Assembly (NCBI GenBank): GCA_033762295.1
Contig: JANRLW010000122.1
Location: 1-36,049, forward strand
DNA length: 36,049 nt
Direction of reading: 5' to 3'
Origin: Capsulimonadales bacterium
GTDB lineage: Bacteria > Armatimonadota > Armatimonadia > Armatimonadales > Armatimonadaceae
In this document: in pieces, positions 17,873-28,783 of the stretch
Layout of the letters: every line of letters begins with the position of its first letter
How positions within the stretch are numbered: position 1 is the first letter of the stretch
Made by a program: the position numbers and the translations under genes
Notes under the pieces: generated by a model
What the model was told of the DNA's origin: nothing
The model's input: only the letters and a program-made list of their open reading frames with translations
Database searches by the model: none

Positions 17873-17953
17873 GGGCGAGTGGTGAAACGGCAGCCACGCT
17901 GGTCTTAGGAACCAGTGCCGGAAGGCGTAGGGGTTCGAATCCCCTCTCGCCCA
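17873..17953 (+). tRNA. tRNA-Leu (anticodon TAG)
   Basis: Acceptor GGGCGAG/CTCGCCC, anticodon arm CTGGT-CTTAGGA-ACCAG, long variable arm, GGTTCGAATCC T-loop; CCA not encoded. Confidence 0.95.
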
Positions 17954-17963
17954 TTCTCCAGGA

Positions 17964-18041
<78 letters not shown>

Positions 18042-18085
18042 CTCCGAAGAAGCCGCCGCCGTTACTGCGGCCACGTTAAGATTTT

Positions 18086-18137
18086 AGCAGGATACCGGAA
18101 TACGGGCAACTCGCTCGTAGTTCTGGTATCCTGTTTT
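18086..18137 (+). terminator. Long hairpin plus U-tract between the tRNAs and tig
   Basis: AGCAGGATACCGGAA-TACGGGC (AACTC) GCTCGTA-G-TTCTGGTATCCTGTT-TT. Confidence 0.65.
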
Positions 18138-18227
18138 GCTGAGTGGTGTATCGGAGATTTATTCGATTAATCGTCCTTCCCTCCGGAACTACCTACCCCG
18201 AATCCCATATTGAGGAGTTTTCCCACC

Positions 18228-19796
18228 GTGCAGGTGACAACCGAGCAGATAGACCCGTGCAAGGTCGCGCTGACGATTTCGATCGAACCGGAAAAGGTCA
18301 AGGCGCAACAGGACAAAGTATACAACCAGTTCGCCCGCGAAATCACCATCCCGGGGTTCCGCAAAGGCAAGGTGCCGCCGCAGATGGCACGCAACTATAT
18401 CGACCCCGATCGTGTTCGACAACGCGCCGCCGAACAACTGGTCGGCCCTGCTTACGCCGAAGCTCTCAAAGAGACCGCCACTCAGCCGTTCGGCGGACTC
18501 GACCCCGAATTCGAACTGGTCGAAATGAACGACGGCGGCCCCCTCGTCTTCCGGGCGCTGGTGCCCCTGCCGCCGGTCGTCACCCTCGGACTCTATAAGG
18601 GACTCGCCCTGGATAGCCGCAAGATCAATATCTCCGATCAGGACGTCGAAGCCCAGCTCGATCAGGTGCTCTCACGACATGCCGAGTATCCCTCGATCAC
18701 CGACCGCCCTGCGGAAAAGGGTGACGTCGTCTTCGCTAAGGTCCTCACCCGTACGGAAGACGAGGAAAACCCCGACACCGAACCACAACCCGCCTTCATC
18801 GAGATCGGCAAAAACATCGAGGATTTCGATAACGGACTGGTCGGAATGAATCCGGGCGATTCCAAAACGATCGAGGCCCACTATCCCGCCGACTTTCATG
18901 ATGCCAATCTGCGCGGCAAAACCGTGACCTTCGACGTCACCGTCACCGAACTTCGGGCCAAGGTGATTCCCGAACTGACGGAGGAGTTCCTGAAGAAGCT
19001 TCACCCGACCGCCACCAACGAGGAGGAACTGCGCGCCGCACTCCGGGAAAGCCTGGAGAAAGCCGCGCGGGAAATGTCCGAGAACGATCTGGAGTACCGC
19101 CTGGTTTCGGCGATCGTCAACACCTCCCAGGTCGCGTTCCCGGACGCCCTCCTTCGCACCGAAATGCAGGCCGATATCCGTAATCTCGAGGAACGACTGA
19201 AACGGGAGAACACGTCGTTCGAGGACTATCTCGAAAACTCCGGACGCACCGCCGAGGAGATCGAGAAGGAGATGGCCGCCGCGGCCGATCGCCGCATTCG
19301 CAACTCCCTGGTGCTGGCGGAGGTCGCCCGACAGGAGCAGATCACGTTGGAGGATGCCGATCTCGAACGGGTCATCGCCGAACGCGCCGAACGCGCCAAG
19401 GTCAGTCCGGCCGCTATCCGCGCCTATGCCGAGAAAAACGATCAGATGCGCGTCTTCCAGGATCAGGCCCTTACCGAAAAGATCCTCGACTTCCTGAAAT
19501 CCGTCTCCACTATCACCGAACGGGAAACGACGGTCGACGAGATGGAAAACGAGATCGAACAGGACGAGGCGCAGCCGGCCGGCGATGCCGCGCCGCTGAC
19601 CATCTCCTCCGCACGTACCGTTCGGCGACGGGGCGGAAAACCCGGTGATGAGACCGTAACCGCCGACACCGAAACGGCAGAGAACGCTGCGTCCGAAGAA
19701 GCGACGGAGACGGCGGACGACCTGCCCGAAAGCGGAGTAACGGAGGGGGACGACGAAACCGTAGAGAACGTTACGGAAACGACCGCCGACCGATAG
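18228..19796 (+). CDS. tig: Trigger factor
   Basis: [10 protein letters not shown] ribosome-binding signature and FKBP-like domain; GAGGAG SD before GTG 18228; tig-clpP-clpX synteny. Confidence 0.96.
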   Translation: MQVTTEQIDPCKVALTISIEPEKVKAQQDKVYNQFAREITIPGFRKGKVPPQMARNYIDPDRVRQRAAEQLVGPAYAEALKETATQPFGGLDPEFELVEMNDGGPLVFRALVPLPPVVTLGLYKGLALDSRKINISDQDVEAQLDQVLSRHAEYPSITDRPAEKGDVVFAKVLTRTEDEENPDTEPQPAFIEIGKNIEDFDNGLVGMNPGDSKTIEAHYPADFHDANLRGKTVTFDVTVTELRAKVIPELTEEFLKKLHPTATNEEELRAALRESLEKAAREMSENDLEYRLVSAIVNTSQVAFPDALLRTEMQADIRNLEERLKRENTSFEDYLENSGRTAEEIEKEMAAAADRRIRNSLVLAEVARQEQITLEDADLERVIAERAERAKVSPAAIRAYAEKNDQMRVFQDQALTEKILDFLKSVSTITERETTVDEMENEIEQDEAQPAGDAAPLTISSARTVRRRGGKPGDETVTADTETAENAASEEATETADDLPESGVTEGDDETVENVTETTADR

Positions 19797-19878
19797 GCCG
19801 GCGGCCCCGCACGATTCGCAGACCCGCCGGGCGACTTTCCGCCCGGCGGTCGTCTTCGCTGAAAGGACGCACCAACCC

Positions 19879-20463
19879 ATGTTAATACCCTATGTGGTCG
19901 AGCAGGACGCTCGCGGTGAACGCAGCTACGATATCTACTCCCGACTGCTGAAAGACCGGATCATCATTCTTGGCGAAGCGGTCAATCACCAGATGGCGAA
20001 CAATATCATCGCTCAGCTTCTCTTCCTGGAAAAGGTCGATCCCAACGCCGATATCGAACTGTATATCAACTCTCCGGGCGGTTCCGTCTACGATGGCCTC
20101 GCCATCTACGACACCATGCAGGCGATCAAGTGCGATGTCGCCACCATCTGTATGGGGATGGCGGCGTCCATGGGATCGCTGCTTCTGGCCGCCGGAGCCG
20201 CCGGGAAACGGTACGCCCTGCCGAACTCGCGCACCATGGTGCATCAGGTCTCCGCCGGATTCGAAGGGACCGCCATCGATATCGACATCCAGGCACGCGA
20301 AATTATCCGGACCAATGAACAGCTAGCACAGATCTTGCAGAAACACACCGGTCAGAGCTACGAGCGCATCAAGAACGACATTCAGCGCGATTACTGGATG
20401 ACGGCGCAGGAATCGGTGGATTACGGTCTTGTCGACCATGTCTTCACCCGGGGCGACCGCTAA
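19879..20463 (+). CDS. clpP: ATP-dependent Clp protease proteolytic subunit
   Basis: [25 protein letters not shown] (Ser), MVHQ (His), RDYW (Asp). Confidence 0.98.
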   Translation: MLIPYVVEQDARGERSYDIYSRLLKDRIIILGEAVNHQMANNIIAQLLFLEKVDPNADIELYINSPGGSVYDGLAIYDTMQAIKCDVATICMGMAASMGSLLLAAGAAGKRYALPNSRTMVHQVSAGFEGTAIDIDIQAREIIRTNEQLAQILQKHTGQSYERIKNDIQRDYWMTAQESVDYGLVDHVFTRGDR

Positions 20464-20534
20464 CCCCCGCGCCCGTTCGTAGGCATATCTCCGGGATCGG
20501 CGAACGGTCCCGGCCACGAAAGCAACGGGAAAAG

Positions 20535-21788
20535 ATGGCACGTATCGGGGGATTCGATCGCAACGACAGTCGGTGTGTCCTGTGCGGGAAAAGCCGCGAG
20601 AACGTCCGAAAACTGATTCTCGGCGTCCATGGCGGCGTCTGCACCGAGTGCGTGGAGTTGTGCAACGACATCATCCGCGGGGAGGAGGCCGAAGCCGAGC
20701 AGCCGCGCATCGGTTACCTTCCCAAACCCCGCGACATCCATCGCTTCCTGAATCAATATGTCGTCGGACAGGAACGCGCCAAACGCGCCCTGTCCGTCGC
20801 CGTTTATAACCACTACAAACGTATACACTACAGCTCCCCGGACGTCGAACTGCAGAAATCGAATATCCTGCTGATCGGCCCGACGGGCACCGGAAAGACT
20901 CTCCTCGCCCAGACCCTCGCCAAGGTCCTGAACGTTCCGTTTGCCATCGCCGACGCCACCAGCCTGACCGAAGCCGGTTATGTCGGCGAGGACGTCGAAA
21001 ATATCCTCCTCAAACTCCTGCAGGCGACCGACGACGGCGATAATCTCAACAATGTCGTCAAAAAAGCGCAGCGGGGCATCATCTACATCGATGAAATCGA
21101 CAAGGTCGCCCGCAAAGGCGATAGTCCCAGCATTACGCGGGACGTTTCCGGAGAGGGAGTCCAACAAGCCCTGCTGAAGATTCTCGAAGGAACGGTCGCC
21201 AATGTGCCGCCGCAGGGCGGGCGGAAACATCCGCAGCAGGACTATATCCCGATCGACACCACCAATATCCTGTTCATCTGCGGGGGGTCGTTCGAAGGTC
21301 TCTCCCAAATTATCGAACGGCGCACCAAACCGTCCGCCGTCGGGTTCCGCGCCCGTCAGACAGGCGACGCGATCAACGAAGGCGATATCTTCGCCCATGT
21401 CCAGCCGGACGATCTGGTGAAGTTCGGCATGCTGCCGGAATTTATCGGCCGCCTTCCGGTTGTCGCCACCTTTACGCCGCTGACCGAGGATTGCCTCGTC
21501 CGTATCCTGACCGAACCGAAAAACGCGCTGACCCGCCAGTATAAAAAGTTCCTGGAGTTCGATGGCGTCCAGCTGGAGTTCACGCCCGATTCCCTTCAGG
21601 CGATTGCGGCGGAAGCGATGGGGCGGGGAACCGGGGCGAGGGCTCTCCGGACGATCATCGAGGAGGTCATGATGAACATCATGTACGATCTCCCGTCGAC
21701 CAACGATATCCGTTCCTGTATCGTTTCCGGAGATACCGTACGGGAACGCAAGGAGCCGGAACTGATCCGGTTCGACCGCGCGGCCTGA
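20535..21788 (+). CDS. clpX: ATP-dependent Clp protease ATP-binding subunit
   Basis: C4 Zn finger, [42 protein letters not shown]. Confidence 0.98.
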   Translation: MARIGGFDRNDSRCVLCGKSRENVRKLILGVHGGVCTECVELCNDIIRGEEAEAEQPRIGYLPKPRDIHRFLNQYVVGQERAKRALSVAVYNHYKRIHYSSPDVELQKSNILLIGPTGTGKTLLAQTLAKVLNVPFAIADATSLTEAGYVGEDVENILLKLLQATDDGDNLNNVVKKAQRGIIYIDEIDKVARKGDSPSITRDVSGEGVQQALLKILEGTVANVPPQGGRKHPQQDYIPIDTTNILFICGGSFEGLSQIIERRTKPSAVGFRARQTGDAINEGDIFAHVQPDDLVKFGMLPEFIGRLPVVATFTPLTEDCLVRILTEPKNALTRQYKKFLEFDGVQLEFTPDSLQAIAAEAMGRGTGARALRTIIEEVMMNIMYDLPSTNDIRSCIVSGDTVRERKEPELIRFDRAA

Positions 21789-21793
21789 AAGGA

Positions 21794-21830
21794 AAACGGC
21801 CCCGATCCCCGGCGGGGATCGGGGCCGTTT
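21794..21830. terminator. Bidirectional intrinsic terminator
   Basis: AAACGGCCCCGATCCCC-GGC-GGGGATCGGGGCCGTTT, perfect 17-bp stem between convergent genes. Confidence 0.9.
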
Positions 21831-21842
21831 CGTTCCCGGCGA

Positions 21843-24410
21843 CTAGCTGTTGTCTTTGATATACTTGTCGAGCTGCTGGGCCGTTTTCTCCGTTTCGGCG
21901 TACTCCGGAAGGCCGAGCGGTTTGGCCGTTGTCAGGTACTGGTTGAACAGGGTCAACGCCTCCTTCAAGATTTCGATATTCTCCGCCAGTTTCCCCTGAT
22001 TCTGTCGTACGATCGCCTGGCTGCGCAGGATGTTCGCTCGTTTTTTCGCCAGATCGGTCTTTTCGGCCTCCGGCGCCTCCAGGGCGGTCATCGCCTTGCC
22101 ATAAAGGTCGAATGCCTTGCCGTAGAACCCGGCGGCCTTGGCCGGATCGGGGTCGCGGAACTTGTCACCCTGGACGCTGTACGCCCGGGCGGCTTCCAGC
22201 GCGGTGTTGTAATCGTTCTTCAGCGCGATGGATGCCTCGTAATCGGCGGCCGCGGCCACGTCGTTTCCGGCCTTGGAATGGGCCAGACCACGGTTGTAAA
22301 GCGCGACCGCCTTTTCCTTCCCACCGGCATCGATGTATTTGGTCAGATCGGCGATCCCCTCGGTGTACTTACCCAGGCCGACATGGGCGACACCCCGGCT
22401 ATAGACGGCTTCCGTATCGTCCGGATGCTTCGGGATATACTCGTTCATGATCCGAACGGTATTGGCGTAATCCTTGTTGGCGACGTAGGCGAACGCCAGT
22501 CCCTTCAGGGCATCCGCGTTGTTCCTGTCTTTGGCGTAGATCGCCTCGTAGTCGCGGACGGCATCGGCATACTTCTTGGCCTCGAGGTTGGCCTGCGCAC
22601 GGAGCAACAGAGCGTCGGGATAGTCCGGCTTCAGGGCGAGAGCGGCGCTGGCGTCTTTCGCCGTATTCTCCCAGTCCTTTTTCTTGGCATAGACCGCCGC
22701 CCGGCTGTAGACGGCCACCGGATCGTTGGGACTGATCCTGATCGCTTCATTGTAGGCGGTGATAGCCCGGTCATAGTTGGCCGGGTCCTTTTCTCCCTGC
22801 CGGAAATAGAGAGTCCCCAGGTTGGTTCGGTAGACGGCATTGGTCGGATCGGCGGCAATCGCCTTGGTCAGTGCGGCTACCTGCTCCTCCGGAGAACCGG
22901 CGGACAGCAGTTCGATGTCGGTCTTCAGCTTGGACGCTTCCTTGTTGTCCGGTTTCGCTTTCAGGTAGACATCGAGATCGGCAATCGCCTTTTGCAGGGT
23001 CGGCCGGTCGTTGTTGCTGGCGGCTCCGGCATTGAAGTACGCCTTGGCCCGGTTGAAATACGGTTCGGGATCGGTCACCTTCGCCGCTTCGTTGTTGGCG
23101 ATGATCTGGGTGAAGGTATCCGCCGCCTGACCGTACTGGCGCAGGTTGATCTGCGCCGCCGCCTTGCCGGTCAGCGCGTTGGCGACCGCGTTCGTGTCCT
23201 GCGGCTTCAGTGCGAGGTAGGCGTTATAGTCGGCGATCGCCTTATCGTAGGCATTCAGATTGAGGTTGGCGGTAGCCCGGTTCGACAGGACGGTCGGGTC
23301 GTTCGGATCGACTTTAGCCAGGAAATCGTAATCGCGAACGGCGTTGGCATAGTCCTTCAGCTGCATATAGACCAGGGCGCGGCTGGCGACTTTGTCCTTC
23401 TGCTCCTTCTTCGGCGGGTTGGAGATCCCCTTGCTCAGTTCGGCGAGCGCCGTCTTCGGATCTCTGGTCAGCATGATGCGGGTCACCCCCGCCTGGGCGT
23501 TAGCCGAGGTGGGATTCACAGCCAGCGCATCGCGGAAGTCCTTCATCGCGGCATCGACGTTCTTGGACTCCTCGTAGGCAACCCCCCGTCGCTCCAGCGC
23601 ATAGCTATCCTTGGCGTTCTTGGCAAGGTACAGGGAGTAGTTACTGATCGCCTTATCGTAGTTCTTCGTAATGAGATAGGCGTCGGCGCGGGAGCGATAG
23701 GCGTCGGACGGGTCCTGATTGGCCGCCGTCGCCTGGGCGATATACTCCTCGTAATCGGCCAGGGCCGCCTTTACGTCGTCTTCGTTCGCCTTATTGGCTT
23801 CCTTGTCCGCCTGATACTTGCTCAGATAGGCGTTGCCCCGGTTGGCGAAGGCATCGGGGACGCTCTGACGGGTCCGCTTCAGTCGTTCGATGAAGGTCGA
23901 ATAGTTTTCGATGGCCTTGGGATAATCGTTCTTGATCTGGTACGACTGACCGAGGTCGCCGTAGATTTCGTAGAAGTTCTGTCCCTTGATCTGCAGCGCC
24001 TTGTTGAAGTCCTCGATCGCCTTGTCCGGCTGCTTCAGACGGTTGTAGGCGCGTCCGCGGAATCGGTAGGCATCCGCCAGTTTGGGCTTCTTGTCGATGA
24101 CCTGGGTGTAGTCGGCGATCGCCTTCTCGTACTGTCCGAGTTGCATATAGCAGTCGCCCCGGCTGTAGTAGGCGACCCAGTAGGTCGGGTCCTTCTTGAC
24201 GGCGTTGGAGAAGAAGACGATCGCCTTGTCCCACAGCCGCTTCCTTTGAGCCTCGACCCCGGCGTTGAACTCATCGTCAGCGCCCTGAAATCCGACGAGG
24301 GCGTGTGCGATTGCCGTCGTCGGCAGGGAGGGAATGTCGCCCGCGTTTGCCGCCCCGATGGTCAGCAGAGTCAACGACAGGGACAAAGCGGTGAAGAGCG
24401 TTCTATTCAT
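21843..24410 (-). CDS. Exported multi-TPR protein (855 aa), paralog B
   Basis: Signal peptide ending ANA; many AY-x-x-RG...Y-x-KAIADY TPR units; GGAG SD. Confidence 0.9.
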   Translation of the reverse strand: MNRTLFTALSLSLTLLTIGAANAGDIPSLPTTAIAHALVGFQGADDEFNAGVEAQRKRLWDKAIVFFSNAVKKDPTYWVAYYSRGDCYMQLGQYEKAIADYTQVIDKKPKLADAYRFRGRAYNRLKQPDKAIEDFNKALQIKGQNFYEIYGDLGQSYQIKNDYPKAIENYSTFIERLKRTRQSVPDAFANRGNAYLSKYQADKEANKANEDDVKAALADYEEYIAQATAANQDPSDAYRSRADAYLITKNYDKAISNYSLYLAKNAKDSYALERRGVAYEESKNVDAAMKDFRDALAVNPTSANAQAGVTRIMLTRDPKTALAELSKGISNPPKKEQKDKVASRALVYMQLKDYANAVRDYDFLAKVDPNDPTVLSNRATANLNLNAYDKAIADYNAYLALKPQDTNAVANALTGKAAAQINLRQYGQAADTFTQIIANNEAAKVTDPEPYFNRAKAYFNAGAASNNDRPTLQKAIADLDVYLKAKPDNKEASKLKTDIELLSAGSPEEQVAALTKAIAADPTNAVYRTNLGTLYFRQGEKDPANYDRAITAYNEAIRISPNDPVAVYSRAAVYAKKKDWENTAKDASAALALKPDYPDALLLRAQANLEAKKYADAVRDYEAIYAKDRNNADALKGLAFAYVANKDYANTVRIMNEYIPKHPDDTEAVYSRGVAHVGLGKYTEGIADLTKYIDAGGKEKAVALYNRGLAHSKAGNDVAAAADYEASIALKNDYNTALEAARAYSVQGDKFRDPDPAKAAGFYGKAFDLYGKAMTALEAPEAEKTDLAKKRANILRSQAIVRQNQGKLAENIEILKEALTLFNQYLTTAKPLGLPEYAETEKTAQQLDKYIKDNS

Positions 24411-24530
24411 AGGATGGAGGCTCCTTGTAACTTCCAGGTGGTCCGAGAAACAACGATTTATTACTATTGTCGTCGTGGGATCGACATTTATTTACCAGGA
24501 ATGGATATACCACATCTTAAATGCAGGAAC

Positions 24531-24553
24531 GGGGAGCGACGTCGTCGCTCCCC
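24531..24553 (-). terminator. Stem-loop after TPR paralog A
   Basis: GGGGAGCGAC-GTC-GTCGCTCCCC, perfect 10-bp stem; weak U-tract. Confidence 0.55.
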
Positions 24554-24579
24554 TCGCTTCCCTGCGTCGGTCGTCGGAA

Positions 24580-27144
24580 TCAAAGCTCCGCGATCTTGGC
24601 TTTCAGGGCGTCGATCTGTTTCTGGACGTCGGCGGCGTCCGTGATCGGCGGAGTCGCCATCTTCCCGACTTCCAGGTACTTTGCATACGCTTCCACGGCC
24701 TGCTTCAGGTTCTCCGCCGATTCGTCCGCCTTGTATTTCGCCTCGAGCATGACTCCCTTGTTGAAGTAGGCATCGGCAAGGTCGCGGGTCGGCTTCGCGC
24801 CGCGCGCCGCAATCTCCTTATCGTACAGAGCGATCGCTTTGGCGTAGTGTCCGGCGGCCTTCATCGGGTCGGCGTCCAGCGTTTTGGCGGCCAGTTTACC
24901 GTACGCCTGGGCGCCCTGCTTGGCGTAGTCCGGATCGGGCTTGGTCGCCAGCGCCTGTTCGAAGTCGGCTCCCCCCTTCTCAAACTCCTCCTTGTTGACG
25001 TAAGCGACGCCCCGGATGAAGTATCCCGCCGCCTTCGACGCGGTCACATCCTCCGGTTTCGCTCCCGCAACCGGCGGTTTTGCCAGGAAGTCCGTAATGT
25101 CCTTGATGGCTTCGTCGTACTTCTTCAGAGTCAGGTAGTACCCGCCGCGAAGTCGCAGTCCGTTCGGTTCCGTCGGAGCGGCGGCGATGTACTGGGTCAT
25201 CGCATCGACCGCGCTCTGGAAGTCCTTGTTGGCCGCGCTGGCATTCGCAAGCTGGCTGAGGCCGTAGGCTTTATCCTTCGGGTCCTTCGACAGGGCAGCG
25301 AACTGCTTGTAGTCGGCGATGGCTGCGGCATACGTTTTCGTATTGTAATTGGCGTCGCCGCGGGTAACCAGGGCGTCCGTATAATCCGGTTTGATCGCCA
25401 GGGCGGCGTTCGTATCGGCAATGACGTTCTTCCAGTCCTTCTTGCCGACGTAGGCGATGGCCCGGTTATAGAGAACGGTGGCGTCCTTCGGACTGATGGC
25501 GGCGGCGGCGGTGAAATCGGCGATCGCCTTGTCGTACGCCGGCGGGTTCATCTTCATGAAATAGACGCCACGATTGACCAGCGGGTCCGGGTCCTTCGGG
25601 TTGGCCGCGATGGCATCGTCGAGCGCCTTCTTCGGATCGTACCCCCCGTCGAGCGCCATTTCGGCGATCAGTTTGTTGGCGTCGGCGACCACTTTTTTGT
25701 CGGTCGGCGCGGTCTTCAGGTACGCGGTCAGGTCGGCGATCCCTTTGGTGGCAGGATCTTTTTTCGCCGACGCGCCCGCACCGTTCCAGACGTTATAGTA
25801 GGCCGCGCCCCGGTTGTAAAGGCCGGTCGCATCCTTCGGGTCCAGGGCGATGTATTTGGAGAACGCGTCCACCGCTTCGGGATACTTCTTCATCTCCATG
25901 TAGGCCGTCCCGAGCCCGAGATGCGCCTTGGCCGGTTCCTTCGGGTTGGTCTGAAGATAGGCCTGGAAATCCGCTGCCGCTTTGTCGTAGTTTTTCAGCT
26001 TGGTATTGGCGACGGCGCGGTTGAAGTAGGCGGTCGACTCCTTGGGATCGAGCTTTACCAGAAGGTCGTAATCCTTGACCGCGTTCGTCCAATCCTGCAT
26101 ATTGACGTACGCCTGCGCCCGCGCGCTCAAAGCGACCTTGTCGGACGCTTTGGGCGGGTTGCCGACGACCCGGTTGAACGTCGCAATAGCGGCGGCGGAG
26201 TCGCCCGCCAGTCCCTGTGCGATGCCCAGATTGATTCGAGCGTTCACATCGTTCGGCGCGGCCGACGTGAGGGACGTGTAGTCCTTCACCGCGTCCGGAT
26301 ACTTCTTCATTTCCATGTTGGCGCGGGCGCGGGCGCCGAGAGCGTATGCATCATTCGGCTTCTTGGCCAGATACGCGGTATAATCGGCGATCGCCTTGTC
26401 ATAGGCCTTCAGTCCGGCGTATGCGTCTCCCCGGTTCAGGTAGCCGTCGAAGTTTTTTGCCGGGTCGGCGGTGACGAACTTGTCAAAATCGGCGATGGCG
26501 GCGCGCAGGTCCGCTTCGGCTTTGCTGGACGACGACTTGGCGAGGTAGGCGAGACCACGGTTGTTGTAGATGCCGGGATCGGCCTTCGGGTTGGCGGTGA
26601 CATACTTGGTGTAGTCGGTGATCGCGGCGTCGTACTGCTGCCCGATATAGTAGGCGGCGGCCTCATCGAGGAGCACTTCGGTCAGGTCCGGCTTCACGGT
26701 GAGCGCCTGCTTGAAGTCCGCCAGAGCCTTGTCGGACTGTTTCAGCGCGACGTAGGCCCGCCCGCGCAGATGATAGGAGTCGGCCAGCTTTCCCTTCGGC
26801 GCCGGAGGCGTCTTGGTGATGACCCAGGTGAACTCCTTGATCGCTTCCTCAGGTTTGCCGGAATCGGCCAGAGAGATACCGAGGTTGAAGTGGGCATCGG
26901 TAAAGGCAGGTCGTTTGGCGATGGCGGCCTGGAACTTGGCGACCGCTCCGGCGATGTCTCCCTTGGTGTAGGCATCGACGCCCTGGTTATAAAGGGTATC
27001 CGCATCCTGGAAACCGACACGGACAATGATGGCGGCCGACGGGAGCACGGGTGCGGCGGTCAACGGGGTCTGCGCGGACGCGCCCCCGATCAGCGCCAGC
27101 ACGGCTGCCGACAGCGAAAAGGTCGATGCGAGCATCCGATTCAT
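24580..27144 (-). CDS. Exported multi-TPR protein (854 aa), paralog A
   Basis: Signal peptide ending ASA-Q; many YxNRG...YDKAIADY units; AAGGAG SD; colinear with paralog B. Confidence 0.9.
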   Translation of the reverse strand: MNRMLASTFSLSAAVLALIGGASAQTPLTAAPVLPSAAIIVRVGFQDADTLYNQGVDAYTKGDIAGAVAKFQAAIAKRPAFTDAHFNLGISLADSGKPEEAIKEFTWVITKTPPAPKGKLADSYHLRGRAYVALKQSDKALADFKQALTVKPDLTEVLLDEAAAYYIGQQYDAAITDYTKYVTANPKADPGIYNNRGLAYLAKSSSSKAEADLRAAIADFDKFVTADPAKNFDGYLNRGDAYAGLKAYDKAIADYTAYLAKKPNDAYALGARARANMEMKKYPDAVKDYTSLTSAAPNDVNARINLGIAQGLAGDSAAAIATFNRVVGNPPKASDKVALSARAQAYVNMQDWTNAVKDYDLLVKLDPKESTAYFNRAVANTKLKNYDKAAADFQAYLQTNPKEPAKAHLGLGTAYMEMKKYPEAVDAFSKYIALDPKDATGLYNRGAAYYNVWNGAGASAKKDPATKGIADLTAYLKTAPTDKKVVADANKLIAEMALDGGYDPKKALDDAIAANPKDPDPLVNRGVYFMKMNPPAYDKAIADFTAAAAISPKDATVLYNRAIAYVGKKDWKNVIADTNAALAIKPDYTDALVTRGDANYNTKTYAAAIADYKQFAALSKDPKDKAYGLSQLANASAANKDFQSAVDAMTQYIAAAPTEPNGLRLRGGYYLTLKKYDEAIKDITDFLAKPPVAGAKPEDVTASKAAGYFIRGVAYVNKEEFEKGGADFEQALATKPDPDYAKQGAQAYGKLAAKTLDADPMKAAGHYAKAIALYDKEIAARGAKPTRDLADAYFNKGVMLEAKYKADESAENLKQAVEAYAKYLEVGKMATPPITDAADVQKQIDALKAKIAEL

Positions 27145-27254
27145 TTTGTGAACAGCTCCTTCAGGAGAAAGGTTGATTTCGCACGTACACGGTCACCATC
27201 CCTGCGAATCGTGCAAAACCGAACGATGCAACGCGGACACCGCGCCTCTGCGGG

Positions 27255-27284
27255 AATATAACATAATCCTTCCGCAAAACGCAA
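27255..27284 (-). promoter_or_regulatory. sigma70-type promoter for TPR paralog A
   Basis: Minus strand TTGCGT-N18-TATATT with extended -10 TG. Confidence 0.5.
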
Positions 27285-27357
27285 GCGTGTCCGGCTGCTC
27301 GCTCGTCCCTGCTCCGGCTTCGGGAGAGATGCCGACCGACATAGTTTTCTTCTTTAA

Positions 27358-27388
27358 TACGAGTGTTTCTATATAGAATTGTCTCGTA
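27358..27388. promoter_or_regulatory. Palindromic putative operator
   Basis: TACGAG-tgt-TTCTATATAGAA-ttgt-CTCGTA in an AT-rich intergenic patch. Confidence 0.5.
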
Positions 27389-27449
27389 GACTTTAGCGTC
27401 CCGTCGGTGTTCCTTTTCACAGGATCGTCGAAACGTGTCGCCGCGCCCG

Positions 27450-27839
27450 TCAGGCCGGTCGCTGCAGCGACTTCGGGTTCTCGCCGGCGCGGAGCGACAG
27501 CACCGCGCCTTCCTCCCCCATACCCAGGCACTCAAACAGGTTCCGGACGCACTGGCCCAGGCGGTCCTCCGCCACCTTCGCAGACTCGATCTCCTCCACG
27601 AGTCGACGCGCCATCTCCGCGACCTGTTGCCGGACGTATTCCGCCTCCTCGTCATCGGGGTCCTCCCCGGTCAGACGATAGGACAGCAACGACTGCTCGA
27701 TCTGAGCCGCCGTCTCGGCCAGCGCCACTCCGCCCGGCTCCTCATCCAGTCCGTGATTCTCGATAATCCGGCAAATACGCAGGGCGACATTTCCGGCATG
27801 CGGCAGATTCACCGGCAAATCAAAGTGCGGTACGCTCAT
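27450..27839 (-). CDS. Hypothetical acidic helical protein (129 aa)
   Basis: Coding-like ORF; TAGAAT box 7 nt before ATG 27839. Confidence 0.75.
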   Translation of the reverse strand: MSVPHFDLPVNLPHAGNVALRICRIIENHGLDEEPGGVALAETAAQIEQSLLSYRLTGEDPDDEEAEYVRQQVAEMARRLVEEIESAKVAEDRLGQCVRNLFECLGMGEEGAVLSLRAGENPKSLQRPA

Positions 27840-28066
27840 CCCGTCTATTCTACCCATATCCGAAACGCGGGCCGCTTCCGTACCGCTTTCAGTATCGGAG
27901 AATCTCCATCCCGGTTTTACCCGTCATATTTGTCTGCCAGCACCATGCGACGACGGAATTCCCTCGCCATACCGCGTGAAATACGTCACACTCCGCCGCA
28001 ACCATGCCGTTTAGATTCCGGAGACGACTTCAAACTTCGGTGTTTCCGCGCACCTCCCGGGGTGAT

Positions 28067-28783
28067 TTACCTCACCCGACGAAAGCCGATCAGCCGTCCG
28101 CCCACCTGTTCCGGGACGACGACGCCGACGCCGGTTCGGGCCAGACCGACCTCGCGCAGTCGCTCCACCGTCCACCGATTGCAGTCCGACCAGAGGATAT
28201 AGTATTCACGCGCCGGGAAAAAGCGTCCCTTCAGGTCGGTACGCGGCGGCAGAGGCGGCGGACGCTCTCCGGAGGCGGCGCGGGTCATCGCCTGCTCCAA
28301 CCCCGTCAACAGGAGGCGCAGCTGCTCGGCGGTGACGGTCCGATAATACGCGGCGCGGATCGTTCGTTTCGCCGGCGGGAAACCCTCTTCGCCACCGACG
28401 TAGACCACGGACGGAGTGCCCCAGAAGGCGGCCGTCAGCATCGCCGGGATCGACTGATCGTTGAAGCCGTAAAACCGTCGATCGCCCCAGCCGTATTCCA
28501 GGAAATCGGCCGATTCATTGCCGGGCGGGCCGAGACGCCAGCCGTCGGGCTGTTCGAGGAAGATCGCCGTATGGTATCCGTAGGCGATCACGTAGAGGTC
28601 GTATTGGGTCTTGCCCGACGGCACGGGGGGCAGGGCAACGACACCCGGAGGTTCCGTCAGCAGGCGGATACGAACGGCGGGAACGAGGAAAAACAGCAAC
28701 AGGGCGGCGGCGCATCCGAGCCGCCGCCCGAAACGGATCGGCCGACCGGCCGATCTACCACTCGGTGACGGAACCATCCGCAT
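28067..28783 (-). CDS. DUF2459-like protein
   Basis: YVIAYGYHTAI, EYGWGDRRFY, FWGTPSVV, FFPA..Y....CNRW pattern; N-terminal TM segment. Start uncertain. Confidence 0.75.
   Translation of the reverse strand: MRMVPSPSGRSAGRPIRFGRRLGCAAALLLFFLVPAVRIRLLTEPPGVVALPPVPSGKTQYDLYVIAYGYHTAIFLEQPDGWRLGPPGNESADFLEYGWGDRRFYGFNDQSIPAMLTAAFWGTPSVVYVGGEEGFPPAKRTIRAAYYRTVTAEQLRLLLTGLEQAMTRAASGERPPPLPPRTDLKGRFFPAREYYILWSDCNRWTVERLREVGLARTGVGVVVPEQVGGRLIGFRRVR

Noticed and set aside
22278..27261. Very long plus-strand ORFs (788 and 975 aa)
   Set aside because: Antisense shadows of the TPR genes produced by codon bias; no motifs and unnatural composition.
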